A stretch of DNA of 64,000 bases from Gemmataceae bacterium (GTDB lineage: Bacteria > Planctomycetota > Planctomycetia > Gemmatales > Gemmataceae): positions 11,110 to 75,109 of the forward strand of contig JBJMQT010000091.1 in NCBI GenBank assembly GCA_045802525.1. The letters run 5' to 3'. Numbering within the stretch: position 1 is the stretch's first letter; every line of letters starts with the position of its first letter. The notes under the pieces are model-generated. The model was not told the origin of the DNA, did no database searches, and was given only the letters and a program-made list of their open reading frames with translations. Below, piece by piece: positions 1 through 9,381 of this stretch. The translations under genes and the position numbers were made by a program.

Positions 1-177
1 ACAATTGGCTGCTTGACTGTCGAAACTATGCACAAAGCCCGGGCTCGTGTCCTGGCCATTGAAGCGGGAAAGACGATCGTGCTCGATCAGGCCCAGACCG
101 TGGCGCTGGCGGATAAATACGGCATTAGCATTGTCGCGCTTGACGACTCGGCAGTTTGTGTCGATTCTGTCAATTGA
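1..177 (+). CDS. C-terminal fragment of an LpxI-like (DUF1009) protein; the gene continues left of the window
   Basis: Frame 1 is open from base 1 to TGA at 175-177. It is absent from the ORF track because it has no start in the window. The translation TIGCLTVETMHKARARVLAIEAGKTIVLDQAQTVALADKYGISIVALDD resembles the conserved LpxI/DUF1009 C-terminus (recalled by eye, no search). Confidence 0.45.
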   Translation, partial: TIGCLTVETMHKARARVLAIEAGKTIVLDQAQTVALADKYGISIVALDDSAVCVDSVN

Positions 178-650
178 ACTGATTACGCGGGACGGTGTGC
201 TGGCCAGTTCCAGGCATAGTGGGTACTCGGATTGCGTTCCCTATGGTAGATGAGCGTTCCTTATAACCGTTTACAGACCAGCATATTAATCATCTTGTTT
301 CCAGAGCCATTTCGTTCCACGCGTTGCCCCATAAAATACGTTTCATTTCGTTCACTTGTTTAGTGCCAAGGACTTACGTCAAACCGGGTGTGTCGGTGAA
401 ACGAAATGAAACGAAACTGGCTATGGTAGTAGACTAGATCCAAATGTTCTGTCGAGCAGTGCACGGAGACTAAGTCCGTCGCAAGAGCGCCCGCAGAAAA
501 AACAGAGAAGCGTGCGCGTAAGGCACGCAAGCCAAAGCATATAGAAGTGTGCATGCCTCAGAAGCCGTTATAATGGGCTAGGTTATAATCATCTCATTGC
601 CCGGATGGTTCAGGGAGCTTATCTGGCATCCCGGGAAACAGGCTCGATAC

Positions 651-2141
651 ATGGGCACGATGGTATTCCAGATTCCGAAGGGCTTATCGGCTGAGGCCGT
701 CGGAGAGTTGGCCCGCGCCTGTGTAGCCGGCGGCCCGGACAATATGCCGTGGCCGACTGACGTGCAGCTTGAAGACGGGCGGTTGGTGGTCCGCCGCAAT
801 GTCGATGAAAGCGGCTATTTGGTTGCCTGTTGGGAAGTCGAAAACGCCGGCTGGTTGATGGGCGCGACCGCCACGCTGATGGAAAGGCCCGAACCCTACT
901 GGTTGCCCGTTGAACTAGCCCGAGGTAAAGTTAATCAATTGCGCGGCCAAGAGGCGGACTGGCGTGCCGGCGGACTTCAGGTTCCGCCTCCCCTTTCCCA
1001 GATGATCCACCAGTGCTCCTTGACCTTCGGCCAGGCCGTCACTTCCGGCTCCTTTGATGAAGCGGCTGGCCAAGCCCAGGCAACTTTAAAGCTCGCTTAC
1101 CAAGCTTCGGATGAACTGGTCCGGCTTTACACCGATCAGGTCTTCCAAATCCGCAGTCAGCGGCAGGCGCGTCTGGACACTTTGCTGGGTTGCCGGCTCA
1201 GCCGAGCGCTTCCTAATGGACCGCGCACGGCGGCTTTTACGGGTGCGTTCAACAGCGCTTGCCTGGCGGTGCCCTGGAGCGATCTAGAACCGGAATCGGG
1301 GAACATGCGTTGGGAGATCTTGGACGACCTCATTAAGTGGGCCGAAGACCAACAACTTAATATCACGGTAGGTCCTCTCGTCGATTTTGCTGCCTCGCGC
1401 TTACCGTCCTGGCTGTGGCTCTATGAACGGGATTTGGCAGGCTTGGCCGGCTTCATGTGCGGCTTTGTCGAAACGGCTGTGAAGCGGTATCGAGGCCGTG
1501 TCCGGAGTTGGCAACTGACCGCGGCCAGCAATTGTGCTGCGCTGTTGTCTTTAGGTGAGGACGAATTGCTTTGGCTGACTGTGCGTTTGACCGAAGCCGC
1601 CCGCCAAGTGGATCCGGCCCTTGGGCTCATCTTGGGGATAGCCCAGCCCTGGGGCGAATACATGGCTCTCGAGGATCGCACGCACTCGCCGTTTATGTTT
1701 GCGGATACGCTGGTGCGGTCCGGGTTGAATTTGGCTGCCTTGGACGTGGAAGTAGTCATGGGCGTTACTCCCCGAGGCAGCTATTGTCGCGATGTTCTTG
1801 AGTTGTCAAGGCTAATCGATCTTTACGCCCTCCTGGGAGTGCCGTTAAGAGCCACCCTCGGCTACCCGGCGTCGCGCGCCCACGACCCCGCCGGCGATCC
1901 GGAAATTCGAACGGGAGCGGGACGTTGGAAGGCCGGGTTCACGCCCGAAATTCAAAACTCCTGGATTGAGACATTCGGAAGCCTGGCAATGTGCAAGCCG
2001 AGCGTTCAGGCGGTTCATTGGATTCATGACACCGACGCCGAAACTCATCTCTTTCCTAATTGCGGGCTTGTTGATGCCGAGGGCAAAGCACGCCCGGGCT
2101 TGCACGCATTCCGCCGTCTCCGGGAAGAACATCTCCACTAG
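651..2141 (+). CDS. Hypothetical protein, possibly a TIM-barrel glycoside-hydrolase-like fold
   Basis: Long ORF (track 597..2141, TTG start). The first ATG is at 651 (MGTMVFQIPKGL). Composition is protein-like. I recognised no catalytic motif, so the function is a guess. Confidence 0.6.
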   Translation: MGTMVFQIPKGLSAEAVGELARACVAGGPDNMPWPTDVQLEDGRLVVRRNVDESGYLVACWEVENAGWLMGATATLMERPEPYWLPVELARGKVNQLRGQEADWRAGGLQVPPPLSQMIHQCSLTFGQAVTSGSFDEAAGQAQATLKLAYQASDELVRLYTDQVFQIRSQRQARLDTLLGCRLSRALPNGPRTAAFTGAFNSACLAVPWSDLEPESGNMRWEILDDLIKWAEDQQLNITVGPLVDFAASRLPSWLWLYERDLAGLAGFMCGFVETAVKRYRGRVRSWQLTAASNCAALLSLGEDELLWLTVRLTEAARQVDPALGLILGIAQPWGEYMALEDRTHSPFMFADTLVRSGLNLAALDVEVVMGVTPRGSYCRDVLELSRLIDLYALLGVPLRATLGYPASRAHDPAGDPEIRTGAGRWKAGFTPEIQNSWIETFGSLAMCKPSVQAVHWIHDTDAETHLFPNCGLVDAEGKARPGLHAFRRLREEHLH

Positions 2142-2223
2142 GCCAAAGCACAGCAGCATCGGCAAATGCGACCTATAGTTAGGCAAGAGCTTCATTTTCT
2201 TGGACGCCGCTTTGCCGTTGACT

Positions 2224-3744
2224 ATGGTCGCCAAATTCTCCACCTGGTTGCCGACTAATAATTGGGTGCGCTTTTTGTTCGCGCCCCTTCTGGTCTTCAT
2301 CGCCACCTCAGTAGACCGCAATTATCAAACCGACTTCTGGCATCACCTGGCTCGTGGCCAAGCGATGGCCGAGCAAGGCCGGCTTGTCAATGAGGACTTA
2401 TTTACTTACACCGTCGCCGGCGCTTCGTTTCAGGATGCCAACTGGTTTACACAGCTTATCTATCACTATGTCTTTGGGGAGGGCGGATTGCCTTTGGTCC
2501 AACTGGTTAACTCAATTGTTTTGGCGCTCGTCATGGCAGTCGTGGTCGGGCTTTCTCTCCGGTCGTCGCGATCGTTTATCGTTTCCGCGGGTATGGGGAT
2601 TTTCGCCTTTCTGGGCTTGTGGCAGTTGTTGATCATTCGGCCCCAGACTTTTTCGCTTTTGCTTTTTGTCCTGATCTACACCATTCTCGAATTCGCGCAG
2701 CGCCGCCGTTCGTTGTTGGTCTTGCCGCCGCTATTGATGGCAGTCTGGGCCAATATGCATGGGGGATTTCCCATTGGGCTAGTCTTGGTTGGCAGCTATG
2801 TGCTGGCCGCATTCTGGGATAGTTGGCGAGTTGAAGGAAAGAACTTTTGGTGCAACGGAAAGATCTGGTGCTTTGCCCTTTGTCTGCTGGCCTGCATAGC
2901 CGCAACCCTAATTAATCCCTATGGGTGGCGGGTCTACGAGTATGTCGGAGTGACCTCGTCAGTAGCCAACGCGCGGCGAATTGATGAATGGCTGCCGCCC
3001 GGATTGCAACTCTTTGCCGGAAAAGTCTGGGTGGCATCAGTCCTATTGGTTTTGCTGCTCTTCGCGCTGCCAGGTCGCCGACCGAGAGCAACCGAAACTT
3101 GCTTGGTCCTTTGTTTCTTGCCGCTTTCCTGTGGTTCCATTCGTATGGTCGCTTGGTGGCTGCTTATCATGGCGCCCATTGCGGCTGGGCTCATTATGGA
3201 CAACGTACGGGGCTACTTTACGTTTGCTGAAAAGCCGGAAGGTCCCTGCCGCAGCGCGGCAATTACCGTCCTTGTATTGGGAATTGTGGCCTTCTCCTGC
3301 GTGCCGGCCCTTGAAAACTACAATCCCGTCTTGAACTGGCTCGGTCGAAACAAGCGAACGGAAGATGATCTGTACGTTTTGGCATCCAAGCTAAGACATG
3401 ACGAAGGGCGGGGAAGAATTTTCAGCCGTTTCGAATGGGGCGAGTATCTGGGCTGGTCGCTAGCTCCTCGATACAAAATCTTCATGGACGGGCGCATCGA
3501 GATCTTTCCCGATAACGTCTGGCAAGACTTTTCGGCGATCACGCGCGGCCGCGCCGACTGGGAAAGGATCCTCGATCGCTACGGGGTTGATTATCTCATC
3601 TTGGATTCTTCGGGATTCAATGCCGATTTGCTGCCGCAGGTGCGCGAGTCGAACGGGTGGGAAGAAACGGCCTCTTCAGGAAACGCCATTCTGTTTCGCA
3701 AACGGCCGCCCAGTCAAGCACTCGCCGGGGCACGGTCTCCTTAG
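2224..3744 (+). CDS. Polytopic membrane protein, GT-C-like glycosyltransferase candidate
   Basis: ORF 2200..3744 with the first ATG at 2224. There are more than 10 hydrophobic segments followed by a soluble C-terminal domain. This architecture is typical of ArnT/PMT-like GT-C enzymes, but the family is not verified. Confidence 0.6.
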   Translation: MVAKFSTWLPTNNWVRFLFAPLLVFIATSVDRNYQTDFWHHLARGQAMAEQGRLVNEDLFTYTVAGASFQDANWFTQLIYHYVFGEGGLPLVQLVNSIVLALVMAVVVGLSLRSSRSFIVSAGMGIFAFLGLWQLLIIRPQTFSLLLFVLIYTILEFAQRRRSLLVLPPLLMAVWANMHGGFPIGLVLVGSYVLAAFWDSWRVEGKNFWCNGKIWCFALCLLACIAATLINPYGWRVYEYVGVTSSVANARRIDEWLPPGLQLFAGKVWVASVLLVLLLFALPGRRPRATETCLVLCFLPLSCGSIRMVAWWLLIMAPIAAGLIMDNVRGYFTFAEKPEGPCRSAAITVLVLGIVAFSCVPALENYNPVLNWLGRNKRTEDDLYVLASKLRHDEGRGRIFSRFEWGEYLGWSLAPRYKIFMDGRIEIFPDNVWQDFSAITRGRADWERILDRYGVDYLILDSSGFNADLLPQVRESNGWEETASSGNAILFRKRPPSQALAGARSP

Positions 3745-3809
3745 TGGCAACAGTCAAATCGCACCAGGATTGTTAATTCGCCGCTTTTGAACACGACTTT
3801 GAGCGGCCG

Positions 3810-5273
3810 CTAACCCTTGATCACTCCAATCGGGCGCATGCGTGCTACCTTGCGCGACAGTCCGGCGCGATCAACGACCGACACAACCTCATCAACATTT
3901 TTGTAAGCCTTCGGTTGCTCCTCGGCTAAGCCGCGATGGCTTTGGGCGCGGGCGATAACCCCTCGTGCTTCCAGTTCCTTATCGATTCGCCGACCGGCGG
4001 CTTCCTTGACGGCCGCGGTGCGGCTCATCGCTCGGCCGGCGCCATGGCACGTTGTGCCGAACGTGCGTGCCATGCTGCCTGCCTGGCCGACAAGCACCCA
4101 ACTGGCCGTACCCATATCGCCGGGAATGATTACCGGCTGGCCAATTTTGCGATAGAGATCGGGGATCTCCGGATGGTCGGGCGGAAACGCGCGCGTCGCT
4201 CCTTTGCGATGGACCCAAACTTTTTTGCGTTTTTTGTCGATCGTGTGTTCCTCGAACTTGGCGATGTTATGGCACACATCGTAAATCAGGTTCATCTGTA
4301 GTTCTTGCCATGAACGGCCAAATAGCCCGGCGAACACTTCCCGAGCCTGATGCATGAGCAACTGGCGATTGCACCAGGCAAAATTGGCCGCGGCCCGCAT
4401 GGCGCCGATGTATTTCTGTCCCTCGGGACTGTTGACAGGCGCGCACGCCAGTTGGCGGTCGGGTAATTCAATGCCATATTTTTCCGGCGCCTTGCGCAGG
4501 AGCGCCAGAGCGTCATCGCAAACTTGATATCCCAAACCGCGCGAGCCGCTGTGGATCATCACGCACACCATGTCCTTCTCGAGGCCCATGGTGGAAGCCG
4601 TCTGCTCGTCAAAAACGTGATCGACGATTTGAACTTCCAGAAAGTGATTGCCTGAGCCAAGAGTTCCACATTGTTCCGCGCCGCGGCTCTTGGCGCGATC
4701 GCTTACCGAGTCGGGATCCGCGCCTTCCAACTGTCCTTCGGCCTCGGTGAAGTGAATATCATTCTGTGTCGCAAGGCCGCGCTTGATCAAAAAGCGCGAG
4801 CCGTCCGCGAGAACATGGTCCAGTTCCTTTCGGTCAAACTTATATTTTCCCGAGCGGCCCACGCCGGTTGGCACACTTCGAAATAAAGCCTCGATTAACG
4901 GACGCAGATGAGCTTTGACGTCGCGATAAAAAAGGTTGGTCCGCATCAGGCGGACGCCGCAATTGATGTCATATCCAACACCCCCCGGGGAAATGACGCC
5001 GCCTTCCTCCGGGTCGGTAGCGCAGACGCCGCCAATGCAGAACCCGTAGCCCCAGTGAATATCGGGCATGGCAAGGCTGGCGTGCTGAATGCCTGGGAGA
5101 AAGGCGACGTTGGCGACTTGCTCCGGCGCCTGGTCTTTTTGGATGGCGGGCAACAAGCGCTCATCGCAGAAAATCAGACCATCGACGCGCATGCCTTGCT
5201 TATAACTGCGTGGAATGCGATAGCAACATTCATCGACCTGTTCGAGCGGGCCGTGGTAGGAATCTTTAGCCAT
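3810..5273 (-). CDS. rtcB: RNA-splicing ligase RtcB (3'-phosphate/5'-hydroxyl RNA ligase)
   Basis: 487 aa with hallmark RtcB blocks: GYDINCGVRL, GSGNHFLEVQ, HSGSRGLG, CHNIA, HRKGATRAF, GTTCHGAGR. Confidence 0.95.
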   Translation of the reverse strand: MAKDSYHGPLEQVDECCYRIPRSYKQGMRVDGLIFCDERLLPAIQKDQAPEQVANVAFLPGIQHASLAMPDIHWGYGFCIGGVCATDPEEGGVISPGGVGYDINCGVRLMRTNLFYRDVKAHLRPLIEALFRSVPTGVGRSGKYKFDRKELDHVLADGSRFLIKRGLATQNDIHFTEAEGQLEGADPDSVSDRAKSRGAEQCGTLGSGNHFLEVQIVDHVFDEQTASTMGLEKDMVCVMIHSGSRGLGYQVCDDALALLRKAPEKYGIELPDRQLACAPVNSPEGQKYIGAMRAAANFAWCNRQLLMHQAREVFAGLFGRSWQELQMNLIYDVCHNIAKFEEHTIDKKRKKVWVHRKGATRAFPPDHPEIPDLYRKIGQPVIIPGDMGTASWVLVGQAGSMARTFGTTCHGAGRAMSRTAAVKEAAGRRIDKELEARGVIARAQSHRGLAEEQPKAYKNVDEVVSVVDRAGLSRKVARMRPIGVIKG

Positions 5274-5317
5274 GGTCTATCCTCTTCGGAGCCGGTCAAC
5301 AAGCCGGCCGGGGACCA

Positions 5318-5737
5318 TCATATATCAACAATGACTTCGGCCAGCCAACCGTCAGCGACTTGTTCCACGAGCAGCCCATGATAAGTGATCGCTTTCACTT
5401 CATGAGCCAGGACATGGCGGCCTCGGTCTAGCGGTTCCCCCCAAACGCCGGCCGACAATGCGAGGCCGGCGACATGCACTTCGAACTTCACAAGCAATAA
5501 ATGTTCCGCATCAAAGCGATAAAGCAATTCCCGCAACCAATCGAATAGAAGAAACTCCAAATCGTCAGCCGCTACCTGGATTTCGAGCTTTTGTCGTGGT
5601 TCGATTGACTCGGGATTATCCACCATGACGGCTGTCAGGGCCCGGGCCGCTTCGCTGAACAAAGTATTCAAATCACCCGCGCGAATACGCAGACCAAGGT
5701 CCGCCGTGTGATCGAAAGTTTCAAACATGCCGTCCAT
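5318..5737 (-). CDS. Archease (RtcB activator)
   Basis: 139 aa. The N-terminus MFETFDHTADLGLRI and the C-terminal KAITYHGL...VIVDI are typical of archease. It lies immediately upstream of rtcB on the same strand. Confidence 0.85.
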   Translation of the reverse strand: MDGMFETFDHTADLGLRIRAGDLNTLFSEAARALTAVMVDNPESIEPRQKLEIQVAADDLEFLLFDWLRELLYRFDAEHLLLVKFEVHVAGLALSAGVWGEPLDRGRHVLAHEVKAITYHGLLVEQVADGWLAEVIVDI

Positions 5738-5849
5738 GGTAACGCGTCACTCGGTTGGGAGGTACATCCCTGACACCGAAAGGTCCGATGGGGTTCGATA
5801 GGGATTTAGCTAGGTCTTTTATTGGGAAGACCGAGAAAGATTGGCATGC

Positions 5850-6169
5850 CTAGAACGGGGAAGGAGTAGGGTCCTCAAATTCCGCATTCATCATCGACCT
5901 GGCAAGCTCCTTTGGGCTGAGACATAGTAAGAGGTTTATTTGCGTCAGAGTGTCTTCGGGCAATTGGTCTAAAATCGCCCAGAGTTGGGAGTCACGCTCA
6001 GTGAGCTTAAGGTCTGAAAATGCAGGGTCAATCACCCGAATGCGAATAGAAGCAGGATTGTATCTGTAAACATCGACCTTTGCGTCGGGATGATCGGCCA
6101 AATAGTTTCGCTCGAGAAGGTTGCGAATTTCGCGGACTGATTTATCCTCCTTTTTTTCCTTGCGATCAT
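5850..6169 (-). CDS. Small protein of unknown function; the reading frame is broken at an A7 tract (frameshift, slippage or homopolymer error)
   Basis: The track ORF 5850..6101 starts at TTG with no RBS. A good RBS (GGGAGG at 6177-6182, then 7 nt, then ATG at 6167-6169) lies upstream but is one frame off. The two frames meet at an A7 run (T7 on the plus strand, 6151-6157). A -1 slip or one extra A gives a continuous 106-aa product, MIARKKKEDKSVREIRNLLERNYLADHPDAKV... Confidence 0.4.
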
Positions 6170-6214
6170 CTTATAGCCTCCCTTTGGCCCAACCAAGAAT
6201 CTGCTTTGTCGCAT

Positions 6215-6586
6215 TCAGAAAATCTTCCGCTTCTTTTCTTTAATCGCACCAGGGTCATAGCGCAACTCCGTTTCCCACCATGTTGCCTTCGCCAGTTGCG
6301 GCGCGATGGCGGCAGGGAGAATACAATGCCTTCGATAAAGCTGCCGTTTCAGCCAATCAAAGTCATGGGCCCTGGCGCCGCGAAAGGAATTCATCGTGCC
6401 TTGGTTTTTCGATAACGGCTCATTGGATAGTATCAAGGCTTTGAGAATACATTCAACGGCATAACCGCTCAGATAGACTGCCGCGGTCGTATAGGCACTC
6501 ATATTAAGTAGGAATTCAGCTTCTTCGTACCGGTGAAAAGCTGCTCTTAGGAATCGAAGAGTCTCTCTTGCCGCTCGACCCGCCAT
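6215..6586 (-). CDS. HEPN domain protein (putative RNase-type toxin fold)
   Basis: 123 aa. It has the HEPN-like helix signature GYAVECILKAL and an Rx4H motif RGARAH (6365-6382) followed by DFDWLKRQL. It starts 11 nt after the fabH stop. No MNT nucleotidyltransferase partner is adjacent. Confidence 0.7.
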   Translation of the reverse strand: MAGRAARETLRFLRAAFHRYEEAEFLLNMSAYTTAAVYLSGYAVECILKALILSNEPLSKNQGTMNSFRGARAHDFDWLKRQLYRRHCILPAAIAPQLAKATWWETELRYDPGAIKEKKRKIF

Positions 6587-6597
6587 CTATTCACCGC

Positions 6598-7620
6598 TTA
6601 CCACCGAAAGACCGCCGTTCCCCACGTCAATCCAGCGCCAAAACCGCTCAGGATGATGAGGTTGTCAGGCTTAACGCGCCCTTCGGCCACTGCTTCGTCG
6701 AGGGCCAAAGGCACAGAGCCGGCGGAGGTGTTGCCGTAGCGATCCAAGTTGTTAAAAACCCGGCTGCGCGGGATGTGAAGGACGTCCAGGGCGGCATTGA
6801 CGATGCGAATGTTGGCCTGATGAGGAAGGAAGAGGTCAATCTGATCGGAAGTTAGGCCGGCCGCTTTGAGAACATCTTGAACGGTGTCGCATAGAATGGC
6901 CACCGCCCATCGGAAAACGGCTCGGCCGTCCATGTGCATGTACTGGAGCCCCTTTTCCAGGATTTCCGGCGTGGCCGGCAAGCGGCTGCCTGTTGCCGGG
7001 CGACTCAGTAAATCGCCGCCGCTGCCGTCGGCGCCCATGCTGTAGCTGACCAGCCCCTGATCGGGCCGGCCGCGTGTCAAAAGAACGGCGCCGGCCCCGT
7101 CGCCGAACAGCGGGTACGTCTTGATATCATCGGGGTTGATAACGCGGGAGTTGCAATCGCCGCCAATGATCAAGGCCAGATCGCTGGCGCCCGAGACAAT
7201 ATAGGCCGCGCCGGTAATTAAAGCGTACATGAAACCGGCACAGGCCGCTTCGACTTCGATGGCCGGGCAATTCAGCTTGAGCCGGTCTTGGACCAGGCAG
7301 GCCGTCGAAGGAAAGGCCATGTCCGGCGTGAACGTCGCCAAAATAAGCAGATCGATGTCCTTGGGATTGACCCGTGCGGTTTCAAGGCAACGCTTAGCGG
7401 CTTCGTGGCAGAGGTCGCTCGTGGCTTGATGCGCCAGGGCATGGCGGCGCTCCATGATGCCGGTGCGCTTGACGATCCAGTCCGAATCGAAACCCAGCCG
7501 GTGATGAAGGTGATCGTTGGTGACGACGGCGTCGGGGACGTAGCTGCCGGTGCCGATGATGCGCACGCCGGTGAGACTGCGACAGCGAGGACGCGGCTGC
7601 GGAGGTCGTTCGTCGCTCAT
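6598..7620 (-). CDS. fabH: 3-oxoacyl-ACP synthase III (KAS III)
   Basis: 340 aa with active-site contexts AACAGF (Cys), HQANIRI (His) and GNTSAGS (Asn). The overall FabH length and layout fit. Confidence 0.9.
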   Translation of the reverse strand: MSDERPPQPRPRCRSLTGVRIIGTGSYVPDAVVTNDHLHHRLGFDSDWIVKRTGIMERRHALAHQATSDLCHEAAKRCLETARVNPKDIDLLILATFTPDMAFPSTACLVQDRLKLNCPAIEVEAACAGFMYALITGAAYIVSGASDLALIIGGDCNSRVINPDDIKTYPLFGDGAGAVLLTRGRPDQGLVSYSMGADGSGGDLLSRPATGSRLPATPEILEKGLQYMHMDGRAVFRWAVAILCDTVQDVLKAAGLTSDQIDLFLPHQANIRIVNAALDVLHIPRSRVFNNLDRYGNTSAGSVPLALDEAVAEGRVKPDNLIILSGFGAGLTWGTAVFRW

Positions 7621-7794
7621 GGATCTACCGACGCCAGGGCGCTTATTGACGCAAGAAGAGGCTGCCTACCACGTCACTATATTAATGCGTCTACGGGAGT
7701 CGCCTTTGCATTAGATAGGCAGTATATCGCCCTTTTTGTCCTTCGGCCAGCAAGATGAAACCCGCGAAAGGCTCCCCTCGACTAGGCGACGCGT

Positions 7795-9156
7795 CTACTC
7801 GCTTCTTTCAAAGCCCCTCGCATACCGCGCCATGGCGCTGACGGCATGCTGGGCGTAATCAATGCGAAGGTTGCCGTCCTGCTGGGAAGCATGAAAGCCT
7901 CCAATCAACTTCGTGCGATACCAGTCGGCGAAATGGCGCGTATTGCTTTGTGTGTATTGCAGACGCATTACGAATTGCAGGGCAAGTTCCGCAGAGGCCG
8001 TATAGCGGTCGGCGCGCTTGGGATCCCCCATCTGGTGAGCGACCCGGCAACCTTCTTCGAGGCACTCGGCGATGGATGCTGTCGTAATATCGGGCGCTTG
8101 TTCGACTATCTTACCGTCCTGAAAACCCATGAAGCCGCCCCACCAATCAGGATGGCGCGGATCGAGATGATCGAATTGAAGTCCACACAACCAATCGTCA
8201 ATCTCGACAACGGCATGGGCGAACAGTTTTTCCTTGGTCTGCAAGTAAGCTTCCGTAAAAGCTGCCACTAGATAAGAGGCATACAACAAGTTCCTTTGTT
8301 TCTTCCAGGTCGATGTATAGAAAGCGCACCCTCGCCGCAGGACATCTGTTTTCCACGCCGCCGGATTATGATGCTGGCTAAGGGCAAGGCCATAAAGCGC
8401 AACCGCAGCTGCATAGGCTTCGGCCTCGCCTTGTTTCCCGGTGGACGGCGCCTCGTCTTGTCCGTCCAGACAAAACAAGGAGCCGTTTGACCGTGCCTGG
8501 CGGCGGATAAAGCTGCACAACTGTTCGGATTGTTCCAGAAGGTCTTTCTGAGGGGCAGGCAACGCATTGATGGCCAGCACCAGGATTCCGGCTGCCCCGA
8601 GCCGATTCAGGAGAGCGGAGGGCAAGCTCGTATACCGCACTCTTGAATCCTTATCATCGACCTTGGTTTCGCTCAGGAGCAACACAACCGCCTGGGTCGC
8701 TCGCGCGGCATAGCGATCTTCGCCCGTCAGATGCGCGGCCCGCGCCAAGGCGAAAACCGCACCCGCTTGATGCATAAAATGATTGCCGTCGAGATCGGTA
8801 TTGAGAGCGGGGTTGTACCCCGGCAAGAACTGGCCATCGACGGCGTTCATCCGAAACAGCCAATCGCCGCCGCGTCGGGCGCTTAGTAAAATCTGCTCGC
8901 GCAATGGCGATGTGGCCGTGGCTTCGTTTGACTTTTCTTTCTTATCCTTGGCGGGGATGAGCGGAATAGGGGCGCTGCCTCCATCGGGCGATTCATCGGC
9001 GCCTGAAGCTGCGGGAAAGTCGGTCTGTCCTAGTCTTGTGTTGCCCGGCGCATTTTTGCGTGGAGAAGCGACCTGACCCTGGGTCAGAGACCATGTCGCT
9101 AGAGCGCCAACGGCAACGACCAGGAATACGGTCATCCAGACCAATCGATTGTGCAT
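7795..9156 (-). CDS. Membrane-anchored/secreted hypothetical protein
   Basis: ORF 7795..9276. The best start is ATG at 9154-9156, preceded by GGGAGG plus 7 nt, giving MHNRLVWMTVFLVVAVGALA (signal/anchor). No domain was recognised with confidence. Confidence 0.6.
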   Translation of the reverse strand: MHNRLVWMTVFLVVAVGALATWSLTQGQVASPRKNAPGNTRLGQTDFPAASGADESPDGGSAPIPLIPAKDKKEKSNEATATSPLREQILLSARRGGDWLFRMNAVDGQFLPGYNPALNTDLDGNHFMHQAGAVFALARAAHLTGEDRYAARATQAVVLLLSETKVDDKDSRVRYTSLPSALLNRLGAAGILVLAINALPAPQKDLLEQSEQLCSFIRRQARSNGSLFCLDGQDEAPSTGKQGEAEAYAAAVALYGLALSQHHNPAAWKTDVLRRGCAFYTSTWKKQRNLLYASYLVAAFTEAYLQTKEKLFAHAVVEIDDWLCGLQFDHLDPRHPDWWGGFMGFQDGKIVEQAPDITTASIAECLEEGCRVAHQMGDPKRADRYTASAELALQFVMRLQYTQSNTRHFADWYRTKLIGGFHASQQDGNLRIDYAQHAVSAMARYARGFERSE

Positions 9157-9381
9157 GGCCGGGCCTCCCTGCCCAAAATCTGAATGCAGATTATGCTTCG
9201 CGTCGGTCCCTGGCCGAGATAGGCAAAGGCCGTGCTCAGGTATCGTGTTATACCCGCAAGAGCACAAGCGGATCAAGGGAGCCGCACGGCGACGAATCTC
9301 AAAGAATAGGGTATCTGAAAGAAATGGGCGGAGAGCAGTTATAGAGTCTCCGCTGGTATCGGAAGCCGCTTAACAACCAAG

